Source: Candidatus Micrarchaeota archaeon
Lineage (GTDB): Archaea; B1Sed10-29; WALL01; WAMD01
DNA: 30,942 bases
NCBI GenBank assembly: GCA_964652335.1
Contig: CAZZDL010000009.1
Span: 1-30,942, forward strand
Direction of reading: 5' to 3'
The notes below the pieces were generated by a model. That model saw only the letters and a list, made by a program, of their open reading frames with translations, did no database searches and was not told the origin of the DNA. The position numbers and the translations under genes are program-made. Positions 18,164 to 27,602 of the stretch are shown here, piece by piece (position 1 is the stretch's first letter; the number at the start of each line of letters is the position of its first letter).

Positions 18164-20587
18164 TTAGGACACTGCATATGTCTTTGTCTGACCATCGCAT
18201 CCCTTGTATATTATTGTATAACTATACGCTGTGGAAACCTCTTCTGTATTCGTGTAGAATGTATCGCAATTGCTCACTGTTTCATTGGCTACCAATGTCC
18301 CATCGCTCCTGTTTAGTGCAACCCATTTTAAGCCAGAGGCGTAGTTTATTGTATAGGTTACATTTGTGTAGAGCGGTTTGTAGGTAAGCTGTATGTCGTA
18401 GAGGACTGGTGTCTTTGATGTATCGCTTGTATTGAAGTAAGCTATGTATTGAGCTTTGGTTCCAGGTCCCAACGAGATACTTCCCTTAGAAACGTTCGTT
18501 CCAGCTACGTTCAAGATGTCATACCCTGAGGAGTTATCTACGTCAGATGCATTCCCTATTCTCAGCTCTATAGTTAGGTCTGTTCCAGTTGGCTCATCTG
18601 ACGTCCATGTGATGTACGTCAGATTGGATAAACGGCCAAGGTCAAAGATCTTTGAGTAATATTTCCCTGAAGTTCTGTAACAAGTTATTGGCCTTCCACC
18701 TGTTATTAAATACACTCTTCCCTCCTTAGTTGCAGATGGATAAGTTATTTTCCCGCTTGGATCTGTTGACGCCTTACCAAGTGTTGTTGAGTATGTATAG
18801 GAGCCAATCATTAAATCAGATATTCCATCCCCATTAACGTCTCCTACTTCTAGTGCAGACCCAAGGTGCTCTGCCGTCTTTGAGTGAGTAAAGGTGATAT
18901 TTGCGTTGTCTACGGTATATATCCCTGAACTTGGATTGATAAATACTACAACTGCACCATCTGATGAGTCCCCTTTCGCTCTCCAGCCCATCACTACATA
19001 AATTGTATTGTCTCCTTTTAACCTTGCCGCCCTGATAGCGGAACCGAAATCAGTATTAGAACCGCTGTAATAAAATGTTATGTTTGCATTAGATTGTAAA
19101 TCCCCTCCTTTAGATTCACTCACAGTTATAGACATTGAATGTAACGGAGAGTATAGAACAAATCCCCTCCCTCCATTATAATAAGGAGTGCTAGTTAGCA
19201 AATCATCTTTTCCATCGCTGTTTATATCATATGCATACACATCATAACCCAACCGACAATTATCTACACTAGCATTTATCGTGACATTTGCATCACTTAG
19301 CTGATAATCACCAAATAGAGGCCCGTAGTAAATTAACACCTGTCCAGAATCCGATCCTCCTGTATCTACATACGGGTTTCCTATAGCCAAGTCAACATAT
19401 CCATCTCCGTTGAAATCCCCAAAAGCCACTGGACCAGCCCCTACATAATCATCATTTTGACTTCCAATGAAGCTCGCATTATATACGTCTGATATGTTAT
19501 AACTCCCAGAGAATTGCCTGCCGTAAATTAAGTAGTATATGCCCTTATAATCCCCAGCAGGATATCCATATGCGCCAACCAGGATATCCATCTTGCCATC
19601 CTTGTTTACATCGTATGTATACACAGTATATCCAAAGTGATCTTCATTATTGCTCCCATTAATCGTTACATTAGACAAATCATCTATAACATAATTGCCG
19701 CTGGATATCGGACCATAAACGATATGCAAGCGACCAGTACAGTTAGAGGTTTCACACTCTTCTCCATAAACTAAATCATCTATTCCGTCCCCGTTAATAT
19801 CTCCTAAACGGCCGTTTGGTCCTACCATACCACGATTACTCCCATTTATAAATACATCTGGGGATGCGGAAGAACCAGAGTGGGGACCAAATTTTATGTA
19901 TATCTTTCCCTCATGGCTAGACTCCTCGTAACTACTTACCACAAGATCGTTTCTACCATCATTATTTAAATCCCCATATGCCAGTCCAAACGGGAGACCG
20001 CTCCTAGGGACTTCATCTCCGCTTGCTCCCATAAAATCAAAACCTGAGGCATCTATCACACTAGAAACTGGTACTTCTACCAGTCTAACCTCTGGAGAAG
20101 CTGTAGTTGTATTCTCAAAATGTCCCTCTTCAAAATCATCCTCTGTCGTTTGAGATAAAGGCGTACTTGAAAATCCAGGCGAGCTCGTAACAATTACCTC
20201 CGCAACACCAGAAAGCTCTATCTCTGTTGAACCTGTCCCTGATCCATACAAAACAATCTTCCCAGACTTTGGAGGAATAGTACAAATAGCCTGCCCTCCA
20301 GGCTGGATTGTGACGGTCCCACCAAAGTCACACTCAACACCCGCAGTAGAGTTTAACTTGCTAAGTGTCAATGGCTTGTTACCAAGGTTTGCAACAGCCA
20401 CATGGCCTTGATTGTCCAAAGGAACAGCAGTTATTGGGATTGGGCCCTCAGGCGTCGGTTGCTTTGTCACCAAGCCAGAGGACCAAAAATAAATACTAAC
20501 CGCGGCTATGATCGCAATAGCTATAAGCAAAACCACAGAGACAATAGGAGATATTCCTTTCTCTTTATCCTTCACAACATTTGCCAT
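18164..20587 (-). CDS. Large surface protein with an archaeal class III (type IV pilin-like) signal peptide and a beta-propeller of FG-GAP / integrin-alpha-like repeats
   Basis: The N-terminus MANVVKDKEKG|ISPIVSVVLLIAIAIIAAVSIYFW fits the prepilin-peptidase substrate consensus: a charged region, KG, then a hydrophobic helix. There are six or more calcium-binding FG-GAP repeats: DLNNDGRNDLVV, DINGDGIDDLVY, DVNKDGKMDILV, DFNGDGYVDLAI, DINSDGKDDLLT, DVNGDGISDLMI. The C-terminal domain of about 200 aa is beta-rich. Confidence 0.7.
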   Translation of the reverse strand: MANVVKDKEKGISPIVSVVLLIAIAIIAAVSIYFWSSGLVTKQPTPEGPIPITAVPLDNQGHVAVANLGNKPLTLSKLNSTAGVECDFGGTVTIQPGGQAICTIPPKSGKIVLYGSGTGSTEIELSGVAEVIVTSSPGFSSTPLSQTTEDDFEEGHFENTTTASPEVRLVEVPVSSVIDASGFDFMGASGDEVPRSGLPFGLAYGDLNNDGRNDLVVSSYEESSHEGKIYIKFGPHSGSSASPDVFINGSNRGMVGPNGRLGDINGDGIDDLVYGEECETSNCTGRLHIVYGPISSGNYVIDDLSNVTINGSNNEDHFGYTVYTYDVNKDGKMDILVGAYGYPAGDYKGIYYLIYGRQFSGSYNISDVYNASFIGSQNDDYVGAGPVAFGDFNGDGYVDLAIGNPYVDTGGSDSGQVLIYYGPLFGDYQLSDANVTINASVDNCRLGYDVYAYDINSDGKDDLLTSTPYYNGGRGFVLYSPLHSMSITVSESKGGDLQSNANITFYYSGSNTDFGSAIRAARLKGDNTIYVVMGWRAKGDSSDGAVVVFINPSSGIYTVDNANITFTHSKTAEHLGSALEVGDVNGDGISDLMIGSYTYSTTLGKASTDPSGKITYPSATKEGRVYLITGGRPITCYRTSGKYYSKIFDLGRLSNLTYITWTSDEPTGTDLTIELRIGNASDVDNSSGYDILNVAGTNVSKGSISLGPGTKAQYIAYFNTSDTSKTPVLYDIQLTYKPLYTNVTYTINYASGLKWVALNRSDGTLVANETVSNCDTFYTNTEEVSTAYSYTIIYKGCDGQTKTYAVS

Positions 20588-20677
20588 ACTATCACCTCAG
20601 GAAAACAATAACATACAAATTAGGATAATGATATTTAAATAAGATTGGTGTTAGGCTAATGCCAAGAGGTGAAACAA

Positions 20678-21142
20678 ATGGAAATAGAAAGAGAAGTGTT
20701 CATAGAAGGGGTGCCAAGAGATATATTATTTCATGCAATAGAGATGATATGTGAGGCATTAATAGACGACGCTAAAATGCGATTTGGTGATTTTCCAAAT
20801 TTCTCAGCTAAAATGGTATCAGACAAAAAGCTTGGAAGAGTTGTCACAAATGTCAAGTTCAGCGTTTATGATTATACGTTTGAGTGGATAATATCAGATG
20901 AGAAAAAAGGTTTTCTTGTTACTCTAATCGCAAAGACACCTGGAAAATGGTGGGAGCCCTTATTTGATATGGAAACCAAACTGGAAAGCCTAACCGGGAC
21001 ACTCTGGGCTGCATTGTACAACTTCTCAATAGGCTTCGTTACAGCCACTAGTTATTCAAAGGCAAAGAAAAAACCGGCAAGGTCCCATGTGAGAGGGGCA
21101 AAGAAGAAAGTAAAGGAAAGATCTAGAAAAAAGAGAAAGTAG
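20678..21142 (+). CDS. Hypothetical protein with a highly basic Lys/Arg-rich C-terminal tail
   Basis: The ORF has AAGAGGTG (20664-20671) 6 nt upstream of ATG 20678; the track used GTG 20669. The tail is KAKKKPARSHVRGAKKKVKERSRKKRK. I recognise no family. Confidence 0.45.
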   Translation: MEIEREVFIEGVPRDILFHAIEMICEALIDDAKMRFGDFPNFSAKMVSDKKLGRVVTNVKFSVYDYTFEWIISDEKKGFLVTLIAKTPGKWWEPLFDMETKLESLTGTLWAALYNFSIGFVTATSYSKAKKKPARSHVRGAKKKVKERSRKKRK

Positions 21143-21219
21143 GCAGAACGAATAAACCATAGCAAAGATTTTTAAACTACCTAGCCAGTAATTTAGCAGA
21201 ATCAATAGGAGGCGTTTGA

Positions 21220-21468
21220 ATGGAAGGAGACAGACCTAGAAGAAGAGAAAGGATCAAACCCAATTACGAAACCCTAACTGTTGAGGAGTATAAATATGGG
21301 AACAACTTCATAGAAGTTGCAAGAAAGAAAGTAGATGACAGAGAGTTTATATCCGTGTCAAAGGGAAGATACATGCCAGACGGAAGTAAAAGATACAAAG
21401 GAGGTATTGGATTCCCAGATGATGCTGAACTAAAAGCATTCCTCGTACAAACGTTGCAACAGCTCTAA
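21220..21468 (+). CDS. Hypothetical small basic protein (82 aa)
   Basis: AGGAGG at 21207-21212, 7 nt upstream of the ATG, and TATA-like gatttttaaac upstream. N-terminus RPRRRER. No family assignment. Confidence 0.4.
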   Translation: MEGDRPRRRERIKPNYETLTVEEYKYGNNFIEVARKKVDDREFISVSKGRYMPDGSKRYKGGIGFPDDAELKAFLVQTLQQL

Positions 21469-21653
21469 GATTACAGCTCTAAGCTCACTACAACCCTCTT
21501 TTACACTCCTTTGTTTTTCTCTTATTAAAGCCAATAGCATTGCTCTGAAATGATTCAAACATTCAAATGCTAGACACTAAACAGAAATAGAAAAACAGTA
21601 AGGTTTACAGGGATAACAGTAAAGTTAAAATTCTAGCTATTCGTGACTCTAGC

Positions 21654-22316
21654 ATGGAACTCATAGAACTGGAAAAATACATAGAGCACACAAACGTGAA
21701 CCCAAACTGCAGAGAAGAGAATGTTAGAAAGCTCTGCAAAGAAGCCATAAGATTCAACTTTCACTCTGTGGTCGTTCTTCCATATTACGTAAAACTTGCG
21801 AGAAAATTACTGGAAGGAACTGATATCAAGGTATGCACAGTTATCGGTTTTCCTTACGGGATCCAGAACACTAAAGCAAAACTAGCTGAATTGGAAGAGG
21901 TCATAAATTTTGTAGATGAAATAGATACTGTAATGAACAGACCAGCCTTCAAGAATGGAGATTACGAACTCGTCATAAAAGATGTCAAAGCTCTGGTCAA
22001 TGCATGCAATCCGGTAGGTAAAAAGGTCAAAGTAATAATAGAAACACCTGAGCTCTCTCTAGATGAGATCAAAACAGCAGCTAGGCTAGTAATGGAAGCT
22101 GGGGCTGACTTTGTAAAAACAGCCGTAGGTCTAAAAGGGCCAACTAGGATAGAACATGTAGAAGCAATAAAGGCCGTAGTCGGTGACTCTCTAGGGATCA
22201 AAGCCTCTGGAGGGATTAGAACATATAGACAGGCCCTAGCAATGATAAATACTGGTGCCACTAGGATTGGTTCCTCCCATGGAGTGGAAATAATTGAAAG
22301 CAAACCTAGATCCTAG
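21654..22316 (+). CDS. deoC: Deoxyribose-phosphate aldolase
   Basis: 220 aa. DFVKTAVG contains the Schiff-base Lys context, and KASGGIRT and the TIM-barrel pattern are typical of DeoC. A T-rich 185-bp spacer lies upstream, with TATA-like gttaaaatt about 25 bp before the ATG. Confidence 0.85.
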   Translation: MELIELEKYIEHTNVNPNCREENVRKLCKEAIRFNFHSVVVLPYYVKLARKLLEGTDIKVCTVIGFPYGIQNTKAKLAELEEVINFVDEIDTVMNRPAFKNGDYELVIKDVKALVNACNPVGKKVKVIIETPELSLDEIKTAARLVMEAGADFVKTAVGLKGPTRIEHVEAIKAVVGDSLGIKASGGIRTYRQALAMINTGATRIGSSHGVEIIESKPRS

Positions 22317-25134
22317 AAAATCCAAATTCTATTTCCTTATCAAAGAACTTAAATTTGCCTTTAATATCTCCCTTTATATCTCCTACAGTGTACTCCTTAG
22401 CATTAACCTTTGAAGAAACCTTGTCCTTTATCTTAGAAAGCATGTTACTACCAGCCACTGTTAGGTCTATCTCTTCTCCCACTTTCATCTTAGCCTTCTT
22501 CCTTGCTTCTTGAATATTCCTTATTAACTCATTTGCCAATGCTTCCTCAAGCAACTCTCCTTCTAGCCTAGCTGGAATTCTAACCTTTCCCAACTCAAAC
22601 TCATGTTCAACAGCGTTTTCCACCTTGCCTATCCTCTTAGCATTTACCATCTTGAGGAAAGGCTTCTTCAGCTTGTCTACTGCACTAAGAACCTCGTTCT
22701 CTGCAACAATCTCCACTGCATCAATTGGCCACCTTAACTTTATCCCCGCCTTTTGCCTAGCATTTATCACTGCGTCAACTACAGCATTTACAATCTCCAT
22801 GCTCTTTTCTAGATCCTCGGTGATTAGGCTAGCCTCTGCCTTCGGCCAGTTCTCAAAGTGAACGCTTTCCTTATCTCCTGCTATGCGATGATATGCTCTC
22901 TCTGTAAAGTAGGGAATTGCAGGAGACAACAATCTAGTGACTATGGATAAAACGTAATACATTGTGGCCTGGGCTGATTTTTTATCTTTGCCGTCGTAGC
23001 TGGGCCAGGTTCTATCTCTTATCAACTTGACATACGTTCTGCTCAAATCATTCAGGACAAAATTCTCTATCTCCTTTACTGCCTTGTAGTTCTTGAATTC
23101 CTCGTTAAGCTTTGTCACCTTTTTAACAAGAGAATTTACTTTAGATAATATCCATTTGTCCTCTGGCTCCAATTCACCTACGTCATTCAAGCTAACCCTT
23201 GCTCCATACAACTGGAAGAACCTGTATAAGTTCCCAAGGACTGTAAAGAATTTTCTGTTTTCCCTCAACACGTTCCAGTCAAATGCAATGTCAGAACCGT
23301 AATCCAAGCTAAGAAGGTAGTATCTTAGCTCATCCCTGGAATACTGCTTCACTACTTCTTCTGGAGTTACAATGTTTCCCTTTGATTTGGACATCTTAAC
23401 TCCATGTACGTCTAGTATTAGACCGTGATTCACCACTGCATTAAATGGAGATCTATCAAAGGTTAAAACAGAACATATCATGCTTGAATTCCACCATCCT
23501 CTAATCTGATCTAACCCTTCCAACACATGATCCACTGGCCACATTGTCTTGAACGGCTCTTCCTTAGCCGGATAGCCCAAAGATGCCCAAGCTGCTACGC
23601 CAGAGTCAAACCAGACATCAAGAACGTCTGGTACTCTCTTCATATCTCCTCCGCATTCGCATTTTAGCTTGACTGCGTCTATGTGTGGCCTGTGCAAGTC
23701 ATCCAGTTCAACTCCTAGCTCGTTGGCAGAACCAATTACTTTTATTTTTCCACATTTTTCACAAACCCATATTGGGACAGGAATCCCCCAATACCTCTGT
23801 CTAGAAATTGGCCAATCTTCTATTCCCTGTATCCAATCCTCAAACCTCTTTCCTGCCCAAACTGGGTACCATTTTGTCTTTTTTGTTTCTTCCAGAAGTC
23901 TATCTTTTATCTTTGTTATAGCAAAAAACCACTGAGGAACAGAAGTAAATATTAATGGGCTACCACATCTCCAACACTTAGGATAATCGTGAACTACCTT
24001 CTCCTCAAACACCAATGCATTCTTTTCCTTTAGTTCTTTGATTATATCTGGATCTGCATCCTTAACATACATGCCTGCATATTTGCCGGCCTCTTCTGTG
24101 AACCTACCATCAAGGCCAACAGGAGCTAGCTGAGGTAATCCATGTTCTTTACCTACTTTGTAGTCCTCCCTACCATGCCCAGGAGCACAATGGACCAAGC
24201 CTGTTCCAGTGTCCATGGTAACGAATTGAGCAGAGGGAACCACTCTTCCAACTATTTCCTTCTGTAAAGGCAAATCTCCAAGTGGGTTCTCATACTCAAG
24301 GCCGACCAAATCTTTACCTGGAAATTCTTCAATTATCCTATAACCTGCCTCAAGCTTTTCCATTAAATCTTGTAGCCTTGCCTTTGCAAGTATCCATATC
24401 TCTCCCGCAACTTCCACCTTCACATATGTCTCAGTAGGGTGAACCATCACTCCTGTATTGGCTGGAAGCGTCCATGGAGTAGTGGTCCAAATTATCAAGA
24501 ACTCATTATCCCTTCCTCTAACCTTAAACTTTACATATATGCTGGTATCCTCTAATTTTGCATACTCTATCTCGTTGTATGCGACCACTGTTTGACAATG
24601 CGGGCAAACATGCACAGGGTACTTTCCTTTGTAAAGAAGCCCTTTATCATATGCAACTTTAAATGTGTACCAAGCTCCCTCTATGTATTCTTTGTTTAAA
24701 GTCAAATAAGGATTCTCCCAATCCATCCATACGCCTAAATCCTCAAACTGTTTGCTCATTGTATCTATATACTCTGTGGCAAATCGTCTACACTCTTCTA
24801 TAAACTTATCAACCCCAAGTTTTTCTATATCCTGCTTATTCTTTAAGTTCAATTTCTTTTCAACCTTTATCTCTGTTGGGAGCCCGTGGGTGTCATACCC
24901 TGGCTGGCTCCAGACATTGTATCCTCTCATTCTCCAGAATCTAAGATAGTAATCTTTCAATATCTTGTTCCATGCTGTTCCCATGTGTATACTACCTGTT
25001 GCATAAGGGGGGCCGTCTAGGAAATAATACTTCGGACCATCCTCTCTAAGGCGAAGCGCTTTCTTCTCTATGCCTTTCTCCTCCCAGTATCTCTTGACAT
25101 CTTCCTCTGTATCCAGTTTGGTATCTAAATCCAT
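22306..25134 (-). CDS. ileS: Isoleucyl-tRNA synthetase (class I)
   Basis: 942 aa. GPPYATGSIHMGTAWNKILKDYY...GYDTHGLPTEIKVEKKL matches the IleRS N-terminus. The KMSKS motif is VKMSKSKGN. The 3' end overlaps the deoC stop by 11 nt in a convergent arrangement. The HIGH box reads HMGT, checked directly in the DNA. Confidence 0.85.
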   Translation of the reverse strand: MDLDTKLDTEEDVKRYWEEKGIEKKALRLREDGPKYYFLDGPPYATGSIHMGTAWNKILKDYYLRFWRMRGYNVWSQPGYDTHGLPTEIKVEKKLNLKNKQDIEKLGVDKFIEECRRFATEYIDTMSKQFEDLGVWMDWENPYLTLNKEYIEGAWYTFKVAYDKGLLYKGKYPVHVCPHCQTVVAYNEIEYAKLEDTSIYVKFKVRGRDNEFLIIWTTTPWTLPANTGVMVHPTETYVKVEVAGEIWILAKARLQDLMEKLEAGYRIIEEFPGKDLVGLEYENPLGDLPLQKEIVGRVVPSAQFVTMDTGTGLVHCAPGHGREDYKVGKEHGLPQLAPVGLDGRFTEEAGKYAGMYVKDADPDIIKELKEKNALVFEEKVVHDYPKCWRCGSPLIFTSVPQWFFAITKIKDRLLEETKKTKWYPVWAGKRFEDWIQGIEDWPISRQRYWGIPVPIWVCEKCGKIKVIGSANELGVELDDLHRPHIDAVKLKCECGGDMKRVPDVLDVWFDSGVAAWASLGYPAKEEPFKTMWPVDHVLEGLDQIRGWWNSSMICSVLTFDRSPFNAVVNHGLILDVHGVKMSKSKGNIVTPEEVVKQYSRDELRYYLLSLDYGSDIAFDWNVLRENRKFFTVLGNLYRFFQLYGARVSLNDVGELEPEDKWILSKVNSLVKKVTKLNEEFKNYKAVKEIENFVLNDLSRTYVKLIRDRTWPSYDGKDKKSAQATMYYVLSIVTRLLSPAIPYFTERAYHRIAGDKESVHFENWPKAEASLITEDLEKSMEIVNAVVDAVINARQKAGIKLRWPIDAVEIVAENEVLSAVDKLKKPFLKMVNAKRIGKVENAVEHEFELGKVRIPARLEGELLEEALANELIRNIQEARKKAKMKVGEEIDLTVAGSNMLSKIKDKVSSKVNAKEYTVGDIKGDIKGKFKFFDKEIEFGFSRI

Positions 25135-25218
25135 GAGAACACCTCTACCAGAACGCTTGACTCAGTGAAACAAACGCTAGTTTATTATATCCTAAGTTAT
25201 TTTAAAAGATTGAGGAAA

Positions 25219-26127
25219 ATGGCTAAGAAAAAAGTGATAAAGTCTGCAAAGGAGATACAGCCTTTGAGGCCAAAACAAATAAAGAAAACTGGACTTCCTT
25301 CAGAGATAGAAAGGGTTGCTGAGGAAAATCCAAACTGGAGATTAATTGGGGTAAAAGCAAGTGACTGGGGACTAGCCGGAACTGCATCAAATCCAAAACA
25401 TATATACTTTTTACCTAAAGTGAAAGGAAGAAGAGGTAAATACGCTTCACCTGGACTAAGAAGGCAGGTTATCGGTGTGGAAAAATCTAGATCTGTATAC
25501 AAAATCCCTATGTACACCACGGAAAGACATTTAGATGAAGAAGCTAAAAAGCTAGACAAAATGTTGGTTGATGAGATGAGAGCTTTGATAAAGAGAGTTC
25601 CTAGGTTGAAAGCATCAAGGATAGACGATAAACTAAAGGTAGCACCAAGCAAAAAGTCAGAGCCGCTACCAGTAAGGATAGATGTATATGAAATGGTGTA
25701 TCCACCAAAGAATTTGGGTGAGATACAGTTTCCATCAAAGAAAGACCTCCTGGAAACTGTAGAGACAATTTCTCAGTGGGTTAGCTTACTTGCAATGAAT
25801 GATATAATATATGATGACATAAAGTTAGAGAATTTTGCTTTAAATGATAAGGGATTGTGGATAGTAGATGAAGAGGCTAGAATAATAGAAACTGGGCAAA
25901 GAGGAGTAAGAGATCTTCAAAGCGTAGGGAGGGGTCTTGGGAGACTAGTTCTCCAGATAATGAAGCATCCTGTTCATTCTAAACACAAGATAGATATTAG
26001 CGAACTGAAAAAGGCAGTGGTAAAAGGTGTTAAAGAGTTTAATGGCTCACATGCTAACAAGATACTTGAAGGATTTAACGCTCAGCTAAAAGAAAGAAAA
26101 CCAAAAATGAAGAGTCCATTCCGTTAG
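25219..26127 (+). CDS. Hypothetical protein: a basic N-terminus and a C-terminal region with protein-kinase-like catalytic-loop-like motifs
   Basis: ATG 25219 follows TATA-like ttattttaaaag and GAGGAAA; the track used GTG 25165. IIYDDIKLENFALN resembles the HxDxxxxN catalytic loop, and IVDEEARI sits where the DFG/DxE motif would be. No confident family. Confidence 0.45.
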   Translation: MAKKKVIKSAKEIQPLRPKQIKKTGLPSEIERVAEENPNWRLIGVKASDWGLAGTASNPKHIYFLPKVKGRRGKYASPGLRRQVIGVEKSRSVYKIPMYTTERHLDEEAKKLDKMLVDEMRALIKRVPRLKASRIDDKLKVAPSKKSEPLPVRIDVYEMVYPPKNLGEIQFPSKKDLLETVETISQWVSLLAMNDIIYDDIKLENFALNDKGLWIVDEEARIIETGQRGVRDLQSVGRGLGRLVLQIMKHPVHSKHKIDISELKKAVVKGVKEFNGSHANKILEGFNAQLKERKPKMKSPFR

Positions 26128-27536
26128 TAAGCATTACTCCAGATGCCAGAGTATCTGGCTGGTTTACCGCAGATTATGCATTTTCCTTTTCCTTGCTTCT
26201 TGATTTCTGTTCCCCTAAACTCCTTGTTTAGCTTTAGCTCAACTTCCTTTGCACACTCTTCGTTTTCACATATTGGCGCTCTAATGACAACTGGCTTGCC
26301 ATCCCATGCAGACAGCTCGTTAATGTCTGAAATATTTATTATCCTAGACTCAAACTCCTTTCTGGCATTATCCTTAATAGCTTGGTCTATGCTTTCAAAA
26401 ATTCTTGGTATTGTGTTAGGCAGCTCCGCCAGCTTGACTTTGGTTTTCTCAAAATTATCTCTTCTGACCACTGTCACCGCATCGTCCTTCAAATCCCTCG
26501 GGCCTATCTCTATCCTTATTGGAACTCCTCTGAGCTCCCATTTATAAAATTTGTTTCCTGGAGTGTCGTCTTCGTCATCTAGGACGACTCTATACATGTC
26601 CTTTAATTGCTCGTAGACCTGTCTACTTGCAGATAATACCTCTTCCTCATGGCCCTTGAATATTATCGGAACAATAACTATTTGAACTGGAGCAAACTTT
26701 GAAGGTAAAACCAACCCCCTATCGTCTCCATGGACAGCTATAAGGCTTGCTATTGCTCTGTCAGATATGCCATGACAAGTTAGATATGGCCTTTTCTGGT
26801 TTCCTTCCTCATCTTCAAATGTTATATCAAATGTTTTTGAGAATCCTACACCAAGATTATGAGACGTAGCTATCTGTAAGGTCCTTCCACTGGGCATTAT
26901 TGTATCAAATGATATTGTGTAATCTGCTCCAGGGAATTTATCCCAGTTAGGTCGCTTAACAATAAGGAATGGAACACCAAGCTCCTCCCAGAATTTTGAA
27001 TATAACTTATTTATCAACTCCATCTGGGCCTCTGCGTCTTCGTTACTCGCAAATGCACAGTGGGCCTCATTGAAAGTAGTTATCTCTCTAAGCCTTATCA
27101 ACGGCCTAGTGTGCTTTGTCTCGTATCTAAATGTACTGACTACCTGAAATACCTTCAAAGGAAGGTCCGCATGACTTCGTATCCACAATGCAAACATAGG
27201 GTATATGACTGTCTCGCTTGTTGGTCTCAAAGCTAACTTTATATCCAACGGGGTGTCTCCTCCATGAGTTATCCAAAAGACTTCAGCCTTGAATCCTTCC
27301 ACATGTTCTTCCTCTTTCTTCAACGCATTTTCTGGTATAAGTGTGGGAAATAAGGTTTCCTCATGTCCTGTGCTAATTAGTAACTCTCTAAGGTAATCGC
27401 TAACAAGTTTTCGCAATTTGAATCCAAATGGTCTCCAGACAAGGCACCCTTTCACAGGGTATCTGTTATCAACTATCTCTGCGTTCTCTAATACTTCCTG
27501 ATACCATTCCGAGAATTTCTCTTTCGGGAACTCCAT
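26124..27536 (-). CDS. proS: Prolyl-tRNA synthetase, archaeal/eukaryotic-type class II with a C-terminal zinc domain
   Basis: MEFPKEKFSEWYQEVLENAEIVDNRYPVKGCLVWRPFG. Class II motifs are present. The C-terminus is CIICGKPARYSGIWSNAY. The track start is GTG 27545; I chose ATG 27534-27536. Confidence 0.88.
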   Translation of the reverse strand: MEFPKEKFSEWYQEVLENAEIVDNRYPVKGCLVWRPFGFKLRKLVSDYLRELLISTGHEETLFPTLIPENALKKEEEHVEGFKAEVFWITHGGDTPLDIKLALRPTSETVIYPMFALWIRSHADLPLKVFQVVSTFRYETKHTRPLIRLREITTFNEAHCAFASNEDAEAQMELINKLYSKFWEELGVPFLIVKRPNWDKFPGADYTISFDTIMPSGRTLQIATSHNLGVGFSKTFDITFEDEEGNQKRPYLTCHGISDRAIASLIAVHGDDRGLVLPSKFAPVQIVIVPIIFKGHEEEVLSASRQVYEQLKDMYRVVLDDEDDTPGNKFYKWELRGVPIRIEIGPRDLKDDAVTVVRRDNFEKTKVKLAELPNTIPRIFESIDQAIKDNARKEFESRIINISDINELSAWDGKPVVIRAPICENEECAKEVELKLNKEFRGTEIKKQGKGKCIICGKPARYSGIWSNAY

Positions 27537-27602
27537 ACATGCCACCTAAACAGCCTATTTAGAAACATACTCATTTATAAAAATTGGTTGAATAATTAGG
27601 AC

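Noticed and set aside
18116-18316. 66-aa Cys-rich ORF (CICLCLTIASLVYYCITIRCGN...)
   Set aside because: It overlaps the 3' end of the large FG-GAP gene on the opposite strand and has no RBS or TATA. Cys-richness arises from antisense reading of an AT-rich gene.
21469-21653. Possible C/D-box sRNA or small gene in the 185-bp spacer upstream of deoC
   Set aside because: It has no convincing C (RUGAUGA) and D (CUGA) box pair with terminal pairing. The T-rich run looks like a terminator for the upstream gene plus the deoC promoter.
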